A stretch of DNA of 64,000 nucleotides, from NCBI RefSeq assembly GCF_009914755.1, contig NC_060929.1. The stretch is one strand, 5' to 3'. This document shows, piece by piece, positions 42,717-56,592 of the stretch. The notes beneath the pieces are model-generated. The model was not told the DNA's origin. It was given only the letters and a program-made list of their open reading frames with translations, and did no database searches. Both the position numbers and the translations under genes were made by a program. This DNA comes from the human T2T-CHM13v2.0 reference genome, Homo sapiens. Within the stretch, counting starts at the first letter, position 1; every line of letters starts with the position of its first letter.

Positions 42717-43898
42717 ACCTTTAACACTTCTTCTGGCACACTGGATTTAAGTGCCGATACAGCATGTGTCATCAGGAAGTTAAGATCACCATTACTTTAG
42801 ATGCAAGCTGGGCATTCCTTCCAAACAGTCCCTTTCCCGCCTTAGCTTCTCAAAGAAGCTCTGGACTGCAATTTCCTCTTAGCTCCCAGGGCCTTCAGCC
42901 GCCAGGGCTGAAAAAAACAACTGTTTCCCTGATCATAGGTCTCCGCAACAAAGGATCAGTTAAAAATCATCGTTAAAGATTCTCCAAACCCAACATCTCT
43001 ACAAGGAAATGTAAACTACCCTACTAGAGCATCGAAAAGAGCTTTCTTCTCCCTCAACCCCCTCTGCCTACCAGCTGTAAACACGCGATGTTTAACTGCA
43101 CCACGGTTTCTTTAGGCGCAAAGGTAATCCTGTTTTCATTGACCAAAAAAAAAGAAAAAGAAAAAGAAAAAAAAAGTTCTGCCCAGAAAAATAAGGGGTA
43201 AAAAGTGTGGGAAGTGCTGATAGCTGCAGTCTAGGAAACATGTGAAGAGCTTTACCTTGAGCTGGCCCGTGATGCTGCGGCGGCTGACCGTCTTACCATG
43301 CAAGAGACTAACGTTCAGGGTCAGACTAACGATTCTGACGTTCTGGGCTGGACACACAGTTGAAGTGAGACACCAAGGAAGAGATGGCCAGCCCAACCCC
43401 TCACACAGCATCCCTTCCTGGTTAATCCATGGAGTGACAATGACACTGACTGGCCTCATCCTGCCAATGAATGGCAAGGCACTGCAATGATGGCGCCTGG
43501 AAATGAACAGGAGTGATCGGGAATAAAAGGGGAGGGGGGAAAAGGTGGCCATGATGAAGAAATGAATAAAACTCCAAATTTCTGTTACAACTCACTGTCA
43601 TACCTACTACTCTGATATCATAATGACAGGAGAAATGAAAAAAAAAATGAAAGAAAAAAGAAACAAACAAAAAAGAAAACTTGCTACCTATTTAAATTCC
43701 TGCAGCATTCTAAGAATATGGGTTTGTACCCTACAGCCTGACTACACAGAACTAGAGCAAGCAGTTGATTCAATTTAGCTCATAAACCTATAACAGAGTT
43801 TTTTTTTTAATCATCAATGTTTCTAAATCCTGACACTTTAGTTTTACTTTTTATTACAGCAAAAACTCAATCCACGCTATTAAAACAGACCATACTTA

Positions 43899-44060
<162 letters not shown>

Positions 44061-47000
44061 TCAGATCCCTTCAAAGAAAAACAGAATGAACGTGCATTCT
44101 TACCGGAAGTACATACGCAGCTCACGTAAGAGAGTTCTGAACTTATTGGTATGTAAGACAATGTGGCTGTAAGTTGATAAAGTCAATCTGACCAAGTTCT
44201 GAACTTAAGCAAGACACAAAAAAATGCAGACATTTCAGTGGTACCAGACCATTATGAAAGGAAGGAATTTTGAGGCCCAGCAAGACCACACTTTAAGGGG
44301 CTGGACTAGAAAATAACCACCTTTGGAGAAAAGAATGTATGCATTACTACTGGCTATGAAAAGACTACATCACTCTGTGCGTCTCATCAGCTTGCCCCCT
44401 GTGGGCAAGCTAGGTGTAAATGGTTCATTTACACCTAGCTGTCTAGAGACGGAGGCATTGTTTCAAAAATGATCACTTCTAGAATGCCTAAAGAGAAGCA
44501 AACGGACCAGTCTTCTGCTCAGTGTATAGATTCTGGTTGAAATGATGAACCAAAAAGCAAGATTCATACGCCAAAGTGACAGGCTGTCAGAGGCCTGGTG
44601 GCATCAGTGTGCTGCATGTGCCCAAGCACGTGCTCCTGCCTCAGGAGGTGGGTCCCAGAGCTGGCATCAGCTGGCACAGCCCCAGAGTCCCACATCACCA
44701 CCGGACTTCAGGGTAGAGATCTGTATATGAAGAACTCTGCTGTGACTGACAGTCCATCATAGTAACACTAGGAAGTCTATCCACTATGTCTGAGTGTAGG
44801 CCAGCAGGCCCAGAAAGCAGCTTTTCTGTGGTTGAGGCACAGGCTGAGACTGCTGCTCTGCAGGAGCCTGGATGATTTTATACAGAAAACAAGCAAACAA
44901 ATTGGCAAGTGGTTCCTAGGCTCGTGTCTGGTTATGCTTATTTAAAAGTCAGCAAGCTATTTATTTTGGTCTTTTAAAACTACATAGCCAACAATAAAAT
45001 CATATAGGTAAACATTCTATACCGTTTAAGACTACAGAATGTATTCTACAGCTCTGTCAAATCCCTTGCCTTTATGTTCTAGTATCTAATATTTAACGTC
45101 AACCTAATGAGATTTTTGTGGTGATGATTTATATTTCAACACAAATGCTAGGATTTTCCTTAAACATGGAAAAAATGGATTAATAACAAGTCTAAATAAA
45201 GAACTGAGTCAAATTAATAATTTCTCCAAGTGACCACTGCCCCACGGTCTTCTCCCCGTCCTCTGGGTGGTGGCTGCAGTGTGGCTGCCACTCTGACCAC
45301 TCCTGCCGAGGTGTGTTAGCGTGCCAGCCAGGGAGTGACTCCAGTGACGCCACAGCGCTTAGATGCTGGACAAACAGCTGCTCATACAACCCGCACCGCA
45401 GGAGTCTCAGTCCCGTGTTACCTGGGAGCAATCTAGGGCTGAGTGAGCTGGAACACCTGCCTAGCCCACACTGCTGTGAGAAGGGGACTCAGGAGCTCTC
45501 CAGGCTGGCAGGTCACTGTGCTCTAAGCTATAGGAGGTGCGAGGCAGGTCTGTCTTGCTCATGGCATCTCATACTCCAAGGACAGGAGGACAGGAAGCTG
45601 GTCTTTGGGGCACCGTGAGCATTCAATAAACCTTTGTTGATCTGATTCCCCACAGTGCTGCTCCATTTTACTGATATCTAAAGGAAGATCCTTTCTAAAG
45701 ATTAGCTTATTTACAGTTTGCAAGAGGCTGAAACAATTCCACTCAACATTTAGGGGGTACCTTTATGCACGAAAGTGGTAAGTATAGCAAAAGATATGCC
45801 ATAGTCAGCTAGCAACCAGTCTTGAAACAACATGTACTTCACTATTTGGGGGAGAAGCGCGAGCAGTGAGTCCATTATCTATATTACAAGTCACAGTGCG
45901 GTAAGGGCCATAAGCACAATGTAAACAAAATCAAAAGGCAAAAGAGATCCTACCCACTGGCAGGGGCAGAAGACAAGGACGGCTTCACGGAGGAGGCGGC
46001 ATCCGCCCTCAGACTCTTTTGCCAGAGATGGACAGTAGAGCCACAGAGCTCAAACTGACTGTGTCCAGACACAGCGAACTGCTGAGCTTGGCTAGCGGGG
46101 TACAAGTGCAAAGGATTAGAGACAACTCAGCAAAAAGGCAGGCACCCACTACCACCTGCTTTACGGAGGGTGGCTGTTCCTCTGCTATGCCGTCAACACA
46201 CCAGCAACACAGTTACTTGCAAGCATGTACTGAGCACCCGCTGTGGATGGTGAGGTACCATGCCAGGACACTCGCCTGCCCTCAGTGAGCGCACACTCAG
46301 GAGGAGGCCCTGCACACCAAGGGTCCTAAACCCAGTAGGGTGAAGAAGATTTGGGGGAATGGGAGGAGAAGCAGCAGAGGCGGAGGCACATTCGGAATGT
46401 GACAAGTCACTAGGGACTTGCTGGGTAGAGGGCGAGTGAAGCTGGAGAGAGAAAAGGAGGCCAGATCACTATGAGCCCCAGAAGCCACGCAGAGCCGTCT
46501 GGCCTCAGTCCTGAGGGCTGTGGAAGCCGTCAAAACATCAGAGGTGCGACACAGGCGCTGAGGTGCTCCAGGATCCATCCCTCCCTTCCTCGCTTTCATA
46601 AGAGAAGCCTTCCTTCCCCTTCCTGCTAGATAAATGGCTGCCCAACTAGAGACGACGCCTGGCAGCTTTCCCAGCAGCCAGGTATGGCCAGATGACCAAG
46701 TTCTGACTAATAAGATGTGGGTAGAAGTGATGTATGCAACTTCCAGATCACTTTTATTTTTCTTTACAGAAAGCTGCTTGCCCTCCAATCTTTCTTCCTT
46801 GCTGCTGGCTGAGGGATCAGCTGTCACAGACCCAGAGATGGAAGTCACATGCTGTAGATGGAAAGCTGCCCACCAGCTGGATTCCTTAACTACCTCATGG
46901 CACAGAGCCACCCCCCATTCAGGACCCCGTGTCCACGTTGGGACTGACAGATCAATCTCAACCCTGCTGACCAACTCTGCAACTCTCCCTGCTATAACTG

Positions 47001-47113
47001 CTTTCAACCTATATTTGGACTATGACAATATTAGGTTAACTTTTTTAAATTTGGGGAGTATATTCACTCATATTAGGTTTTAGAATTGTAATTCCATCTC
47101 AAGATTTAAAATA

Positions 47114-47406
47114 GTCCGGGCATGGTGGCTCACACCTGTAATCCCAGCACTTTGGGAGGCCAACGTGGGGGAATCACTTGAGGTCAGGAGTTTGAGAACA
47201 GCCTGGCCAACATGGTGAAGCCCCATCTCTACTAAAAATACAAAAATTAGCCGGGTGTGGTAGTGCGTGCCTGTAATCCCAGCTACTTGGGAGGCTGATG
47301 CAGGAGAATCATTTGAACCGGGAGGTGGAGATTGCAGTGAGCTGAGATCGTGCCACTCCAGCCTGGGCCACAGCGAGACTCTATCTCAAAAACAAACAAA
47401 CAAAAA
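47114..47406 (+). mobile_element. AluS
   Basis: Alu consensus; TSD aagatttaaaata. Confidence 0.9.
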
Positions 47407-49100
47407 GATTTAAAATAATTATAAAATTAAAATAAGGTACCCTTATTATGCAGGAGAAAAAAGTCACCTAAGTGAAAACCTGTTAAAGCCACCTTCTCTG
47501 TCAAGTTTGGGCTTTGTGAGAGCAAGAGAAAGAAACTTAAGGCCACCTGAGAAGGTGTGTAATTTAGCTATTCATGAGTCAACTCTATTGAGATGATATT
47601 TCAACAAAATGGACCATCAACTGGGGCTCAGAAAACAGTTTTATAAATCGGGAAGTACAAGAATTCTTCATGAAACCACATTAGCAATACACTAAAGCCT
47701 GCATTCGCTGCCTCCACTTCCCACACCAGCCGGTGCTGGTTCCTCCCCCTCAGCTCCCAGGCTGTGCTGCCACCATCCGTCCAGCACAGGGCTCCCTCCT
47801 TGCCACTTGTGCACTCAGCAGCGCCCGCCAGGCTGCACTGTCACAGCCTTTGTAGGGTCTGCCTCCCTTCCAGGCTATGAGCAACTCAAAACTGGGAGGG
47901 AACGCTACAAGGAGGTTTCCTGGAGGAGGCAAGACCTGAGCTCAAGTTTGTTCACAGTATCGACCGAGGCATGAGGAAACAGGCACTTTCATACACGTCA
48001 GTGAGAGCTGAGAAGTGGTAAAACATTTTTTTAGATGGAATATAGATCTGGCTAATAAAAATGTTAACTGCATATCCTAAACTGGCAAACACAATTCTCT
48101 AAGTGTATCTGACAAATACGTGTACAAGTATCCAAACATATTTGTGCAAGCATGTTTGTAACACTTCTTGTAACAGGCAAAAAACTAGAAGTAATCTAAA
48201 ATGCACACTGTGGATGGACTGAATAAATTATGGCACAGAAGTACAACAAGGCCATTCAACAGAATGCAAGGACTTTATGTATCAATGTGGAAAGATGTCT
48301 AAGATACAGAAAGGAAATACACCAAGTTGAAGAAGAGAACACATAATGCCCAGCTACGTAAACACACACACACGCATACACACGCACATACACAATGCTG
48401 GCAAGTAGAGAAATAGTGGGAAATGAGAAACTTTCTTCCCATTATAACTTTCTATTCTGTTTTTCAAATGTACATATTTCACATTTAAAAACTGATTAAA
48501 CAACACATGTTAAATGAAAGGCTGCAGAATGATCATTTGACACTTGTATGGAAGACGGGCTTCAGGCAGATAAGGCTAGAGGCATGAGAGTGGGCCTGGC
48601 TCTGAGGTACACATTTATCAACACCCTTATAACAACTAGTGAGAAGCATATTACTATCCCCGCTCTGCAAATGAGGAAACTGAGGCTTAGAGGAAGTTGT
48701 CCAGTAAGGAAGTTGTCCAAATTCCCAGCATGGCTCAGATTTGAATTTAGGAGTGTTTCACCACAATATTCAAGTTCCTCCCAAAGCACCATTCTGATAT
48801 CCCTTTAGAAAGTGAAGCTATTTGCACATGGGCTGGCCAGGACCAGCACACAGTCCTGCACATTTCACCTTGCTGACTCCCCCTACCAAAACCTACCAAA
48901 ACACTTTTTCCTCTAACGATGACAACGATTCAGTGATCCACAGACTCAAGTGAACCTTTCATCACACTAAAGCTTCAGAGTACCCAGGACATGCGATATT
49001 TAAATCAACTAACTATTGTGATTAAAAGCAGATTCTCACAATCACCCTCTGTCTCAATGCTTGCTGCCGACATTTTTTTCATTAAATTGTTCTGTTTTCC

Positions 49101-49900
<800 letters not shown>

Positions 49901-50269
49901 TCCTACTGTAATTCTTATGAAGAATAGCTTGGTATAACAACGTAATCTTCCTTTGATAATCAAGAACCTTGCAGCTCTCAGGGCCATCCTCTGTAGTTCT
50001 TAAGCCACAGTATATACCACAATACAGAACAACTAGCATTTGGTTATCACTTCACCCACTGTTGGATCCATAGGACCCTGCAAGGATCTCCGTCACCAGC
50101 CCCACTTCCAGGCACCCAGGCCTGCCTATTTCCCTCTCAATCCCCCACTCCCAGGGCCCTGGGTAAGGGCTTCTCGTGGCTCCTTGGACCAGCGACAGCA
50201 GAAGCATTCTCCCAGCCACCATTTCTGTGACTTCCGAACCACTGCACACATGCCACTTTAGAAAGAGAA

Positions 50270-50885
50270 ATCACTCCACGTGAGAATATGTACACAAATG
50301 TTCACAGCAGCTTTATTTTTAATAGTGCCAAACTAGAAACAACCCAAACCTGTCCTTCAATGGGTAAATGGTTAAACTAACTGCTGTATACCCATACCAT
50401 GGAATACCACTCAGCAACTGCTGAAACATACCACAACTTGGGTGGATCTCAGGGGCAGGATAGTCAACGAAAAAAGCCAATCTCAAAAAGTCACATCCTG
50501 TATAACTCCATGCATATAACATTCCTGAAAAGACAAAAGTATAGAGATGCAGACTAGATTAGTACTTGCCAGCAGTTATGAATGGTGGGGAAAAGGGGCT
50601 GCTGTGGCTGTGAGGGGGTGGGACAAGGAGATATCTGGGATGATGACATAGTTTTGAATCTTGATTGTGGTAGTGGTTATAGGAATTTTCACACGATAAA
50701 AAATGACAATGAACTCTATACACCTTGCTCCGATGCCCAATGTCCTGGTTTAGACATTTTACTACAGTTGTGTAAATATGTAACCGTGGGAGAAAGCTGG
50801 GGGAAGGGTACTGGGACCTCTCTGTGCCATTTGTGCAACTTCCTGTGAATCTATAATTATTTCAAAATATGGAAAGAAAAAAGAG
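50270..50885 (+). mobile_element. L1M 3' end fragment
   Basis: tacacaaatgttcacagcagctttattt...tgtgaatctataattatttcaaaat resembles an L1MB/MC 3'UTR. Confidence 0.7.
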
Positions 50886-51339
50886 AGATTTGTTGAAAGT
50901 GTGCAGTGATCACACCATTCTCCCATTTGAACTCCTTCAACAGTGACTGACTGCCTGGAGAATAAGATTCAGTTCCCTAGCACAGCACAGGAGATGGCAG
51001 TCCTCTGGCCCAATCTTAGGCAACATCAAACCACCTGGGATCAGCGGACACACCCAGCTACTGCACACCTTCAGGCCTCTGCCTAAGCTGTTCCATCTGC
51101 TTGAAATGACTTCCCTCCCCTTTTTGACCTGCTGGTCAACATTCACCCTCCTTCAAAAATCTAGTTCAAGCACTTGCTTCTCTTACATGTTTCCTCCTCC
51201 AGCCTTTCCCTTCAAACCATGCTGGGCATGCCCCCATTTTTGCCACCCTCCCAGTATTCGCTTTAGATTGCATTCCGAGTCTACTTACACTTCTACTCTG
51301 TAAGGGCAGAAAATGTGTCTGATTTATTTCTCAATCCTC

Positions 51340-52210
51340 TACTGATTACACAGTGGGTGCCCAAAAAATGTTTGTTAAAGACAAAGCTAAATGGGAGAAA
51401 AAATGCGGTAGGGCAGCTGGGAGCAGTGGTTAAGATCGGGACTTTGACTTCAGACTCCCAGTGGGTCTGCTATTTATCTGGGTGATGTGCAGCAAGCGAT
51501 TGCACTCATCTGCAACACGGACGAGCAGAGAGCCTCAGGGTACCTCTAGATAAGAAGTGCACAGCCCACTTAGGAAGGCATCTTGATGCAGGAATGCACC
51601 CTAAATCTGACGAAGCCTCGTCTAGATCCAATTACTAACTTACAGAGATTACAGAGAAACACATTCAATTACACTGCAGAGATGCAATCAATCAAATACC
51701 AACTATGGAAATGCTAAGGAACAACTCGATTGCTTCAACAAATAAACTACCAAGAAAACAAAGAAATAGGAGGGGGATCTATGGATTAAGAGAAACTTAA
51801 AAGACGTATCATCCAATCAACAACGTATGGCCTTCTCTTGCTCTACTTTCAAACTATTAAGGAAACCTAAAATTCATGGGGCAGCTGGAAATTTGAATAT
51901 TGACTAGTTATTTGATGATATTAAGCAATTATTACTTTTTCAACTTTAAAAGAGTCAGTACCTTTAGAGACCTACCGAAGTGTGAAGTATAACTACTGTA
52001 CACCTCCTGAGCACCCTGAGGTTGTGCCCGTATGTTTTACAGATGAGTGCAATCGCTTCTGCACATCACCCAGATAAGCAGCAGACCCACTGGGAGTCTG
52101 ACTCAAAGTCCTGATCTTACCCACTGCTCCGAGCTACCCTACCACATTTATTCTCCCATTTAGCTTTGTCTTTACCAAACATTTACTGGGCACCCACTGT
52201 GTAATTAGTA
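51340..52210. repeat. Inverted repeat, arms 51340-51564 and 51996-52210
   Basis: The reverse complement of the right arm aligns to the left arm over about 215 bp. Confidence 0.93.
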
Positions 52211-53324
52211 TCCCAAAAAATAATGAATGAAATGACATGATATTTAGGATTTGCTTGAAAATAATTATGGGTGGTAAGGGTGCAAGTGGATACCATTAGA
52301 GATGAAACAAGATTGGTCAGGAGTTCATAACTGTTAAAGCAGGACACTATTCTGTTTATTTTGTATATGTTTGAAAGTTCCCATAATAAAAGTTAAAATA
52401 AAAAGAATGATGTTGAAACTGGTTCATACAATCAAGTACAAAGTATCAGGAATTAATTATTCTGAAGGAAAATTATGTAAAAATGGCACCTTCCTAACCA
52501 AGTGTGAGGTGTAACTACTGTATGTATGTAGACCAAAAATAGTTGCCCTATTGGCAAATCAATAGTCTCAAGAAGAAAAAAAATCTGGTCTCTGTTTTAT
52601 CTTATGCCTCATGAAAACAACTGGTTTACTCGCTATTAACTGGTTTGTCTGGTCCTTTTCTTTATCCAGAAAATTAAGAATATTTTATCTTAGACACATT
52701 CAAGTATCCCCTCTGTTGTTTATTTACGGGACCAAATAAACAGATTTTAATCTGTGAACAAATTAAAGTCCTGGCACCCTGAAAATTAAATTACCAGGAA
52801 AATCAAAGCTGTCAAAAGAGAAGTCTATGCAAAAATAGTATTGTTTTTAACTCTGCAGGATCCTTTTGAAGAAAAAAAAAAGTTAAATGGAGGAAAACAT
52901 TAAATAGATTGGTGGTCATTCTTCCAGAACAAGTTAAAAGCCAAAAGAGAATACTCAGAGCTGAGGGACCCAGGAAAGAATCCTTATCTGGGAAGTGATC
53001 TGGGTTCGAACTCCACTCACCAGCTGCTTGCTAAGAAACAGACTACTTAGACTCCTGAGCTTCCGTTTCCACAGGGCTCCAGTTACAATCAAATGAGTAT
53101 CTGGGCTGGCACCTGGGCAAACAGGGCCTGGCTCCCCTGGCCTTAGGCTACCTTTCCTGCTCTCCTCACAGCTCCTCCCTCCCACACAGCCAGTCCTGGA
53201 GGATGACGATCCTGCAACCAAGCTGAATGAATCTGTATTTGGCTTGGCTCACAGCATTAAAAAAAAATTTAATTAGCTATTGCCAACATTTAAAAATCAG
53301 AACAAATGTGGAGTGCTGCCTTCC

Positions 53325-53617
53325 TTTTTAGAGACAGGGTCTTGCTCTGTCACCCAGGCTGGAGCACAGTGGTGTGATCATAGCTCACTGCAGGCTCCAA
53401 ATCCTGGGCTCATGGGATCCTTCCACCTCAGCCTCCCAAGCAGCTAGGACTACAGGTGGATGCCACCACACCTAGCTAATTTCTTAAAATTTTTTGTAGA
53501 GACAGAGATCTCGCTACGTTGCCCAGGCTGGTCTTGAACTCCTGGCCTGAAGTGATCCTCCCACATCAGCCTCCCAAAGTGTCTTGAAATTACTGGCGTG
53601 AGCCATGGCACCCAGCC
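53325..53617 (-). mobile_element. AluJ
   Basis: Diverged antisense Alu. Confidence 0.85.
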
Positions 53618-54929
53618 AAATTCCACCTTCTTCTAGAAAACTGCTGGGTAAGGTTCCTGTTCTTTAGGGTCCCCACGACTCTGTGTCCTTACACCTGGCC
53701 CTCCAGACTGATTCTCAACTCCACAGTGGCCTACGGTCCTTCCTTGGCCCTGCTCCTTCACACCTCTGTGCCTCTCCCTGCCTAGCAAATTTCTTATCAC
53801 CCTCAAGGCCCCCCAGCACCACCTGTCACCTCCTCCACATTTCCATGGCATAGCCCCTCCCCTATAGCAAGGGTTGTACAGTCCTGGAACTAAGTGTCTG
53901 CATGCCTGCCTTCTCTACTGGGCTCCTGGGCTCTCTCGGGAAAGGGACCCCGTTGCTATCTGCCTTGTGTCCGTAGGGTCTAGCAGAAAGCATGACCTAG
54001 ATAATGCAGAATTCAGTAAATGTCTCTTGTATGTGTGGAAGAAAGCTACAGCTAAACTATTATAAAAATGTGAGATTTTATATCACAGCTTGTTCCAACA
54101 GATAGCAATTAAAGGGGTCAAGGACACCAAAATGTTTCACAAAATAGAACAAGCTTCCATCTGCTTACAAGTTTCACACGCTAATCAGAAGTCACTAAAT
54201 GAACAGATAAAGCAGAGACAACAGGCAGGCTGGGCCATTTCTTTGATCATTCATTCATTCATTGAGCTGATACTACTGAATACTTCCTGTGTGCTTTCTA
54301 AGCACTGGGGATAAAGCAGTGGACAAATCAGACAGCTACCTGTTTTCACAAAGTTACATCCTAGTCGGGGAGACAGAAAATAAGCAGGCAAATAAATAGA
54401 ATAGTTTCAAACCAGATGAGAGCTAGGAAGGAAATTTTTTAAATAATGAAATAGCATGACTAAGGGAAGAAAGAGGGTGGTCGAGGAGGGCCTCACCCAA
54501 AACGAGACATCTGACCAGAGGAAGGAGCAGAAAGAGCTACTTGTGCCAAGATCACGGAGACAACTCCAAAGACGGGGAAACAGCAAATGCAAAGGTCCTG
54601 GGGCAAATGCGGGCTGGCATGTTCAAGGCGGGCGAGATGAGTGGGACGGGGCAGCAGTCTTCTGGGGGAGGGGCGCGGTGGTAAGGGATTCGGGCTGGGT
54701 CCCCTCTGGCACTGCTGGACACCGAGTGTGCAATGACAAGGCAAGAGAGGAGTGCGCGGGGAGGCGGGAGGCTGGGCGGGTGGGGAGGGGGTTCCTACAC
54801 CACTCACACCAGCACGGGCCAGCACCCTGCCCAGTCTTCCACAGATGCACACCGGGGTCCTGCCCAGGCGTCTGCATACATTCACACAGCCTGACAACAA
54901 CCCTGTCCAGAAGAGACATTTCCCCACCT

Positions 54930-56230
54930 TCCCGAAGGCAAAACCGCGGCAGAGCGAGGGTCAGTGCCTTGGCCAAGGTCGCGGGGACGCGACCCCGGGC
55001 CCCTGGGCACCCGGCGCAGGAGTGCAGCTGTCTGCCCCACCTCCGGGAGGGATGGCGCCCGCAGACCCCACGGGCAGGTCGGCCGGGCCAGGCCGGTGAG
55101 CAGGCCCGCAGCCCGGGGCTGCTGACAGCCGGGCGGAAGGGGGCGCCTGCGGCATCCCCCAGCACAGGGGCGACGGCTGCGGCTGCCAGGGCCCCGCAGC
55201 CCCCGGCCCGCCCCGAAGCCCCCGGCCGCGCGGTTCCCTCACCGCCCCTCCCCGCGGGCCCGGCCCGAGCAGCCGCCGCCAGGCCTAGCCCGCCCGCCGG
55301 GCTCACCTCGCCTCCCCGCCGCCGCGCCACGGGGAGAGGGCGGGCGGGCGGACTGGCGGCGCTGCGTGCTAGTCACTCCTGGCTCCGCGGCCCCGGCTCC
55401 GCCGCCGGCCCGCCCCGCTCCGCTCCGCCCCGCCGCCGCCGCCGCCGCCGCCGCAGTGGGTGTGAGGGGCGCCGGGGCGCTGCGACCCTTCCGGTCCCGC
55501 TCCCTTCTCCGCCGCTGCCGCCGCCGCGGCGCCCGGTCTGACAGACCCTCGCGCCGACCAATCAGCGCGCGGAGAGCGGAGCAGGCGCGGCCAATGGCGC
55601 CTGGGGGGCGGGCCGATGGAGGGTGGCGCGGGCGGGGTCGGGGGCCGGGTCGGGCGCCCGAGGTCCTGGGCCGGGGTTCCGCGGGTTCTTCGCCCCCGGG
55701 CCTTTCAGTGGCGCGGGCCGAGTGGCCATGGCGCTCGGGTGCGCGCAGTGCACGCGGTGAGCTGGAGACGCAGGCATTGCGCGGCCCACCGGCTGAGCCC
55801 GCTCTCCCTGCGAGGGGGGCGCAGCTCGGTGGAGAGGGTGGCCCGGAGGACCGGGAACCGGGCTGGAGGCGCGCGGGGCTCACACCGCGGGGTCCGCGGG
55901 GAGCCGGGCCTCGGGCTGCAGGTGCAGGCTTGTGGCGGTGAGGCGACTGGAGCGGCACGGGAGCCCGCCCGTTTCGGGGAGAGCCCGGGGCGATCGCGGG
56001 GGGAGGCCGGCCTGGCGTCCGGGAGCCCGGCGTGCTAGGGCCCGGTAGGCGGGGCGGGCCTCGCACTCGGTTGCTCGCTGCGGCGCCGGAGGAACGGGTC
56101 TATGGGGGTGTGGGTGAGGCCAGAAGCCGGGTCGAAGAGGGGGAGGGGGTGCGAAGAGATGGCGGTGTGTAGACAGGTGACCCGGTGGGTCGGTGACGCA
56201 GGAGGAGACTGCGCTTGGTGGCGGGATCAC
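54930..56230. promoter_or_regulatory. CpG island and TATA-less MAPK9 promoter
   Basis: Very GC- and CpG-rich. CCAAT boxes at 55558-55562 and 55591-55595, GC boxes near 55603-55640, ETS site CTTCCGGT at 55488-55495. Confidence 0.93.
55307..55540 (-). other. MAPK9: MAPK9 non-coding exon 1 (5'UTR) containing (CGG)8
   Basis: Donor GAG|gtgagc at 55306-55301 inside the CpG island; no ATG seen in the exon; the 5' end is inferred from the CCAAT/GC boxes just upstream. Confidence 0.85.
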
Positions 56231-56262
56231 TTAGTTGACAACATCTAAAAATTAGGAGGTGC

Positions 56263-56592
<330 letters not shown>

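Noticed and set aside
46297-47083. 236-aa (-) and 149-aa (+) ORFs in intron 1
   Set aside because: No recognisable domain; they overlap an apparent old MLT1-type LTR fragment.
54456-56066. Long ORFs over the promoter (361, 275, 235 and 191 aa)
   Set aside because: Low-complexity Pro/Ala/Arg/Gly frames on both strands are expected from stop-codon scarcity in a CpG island; no recognisable domain.
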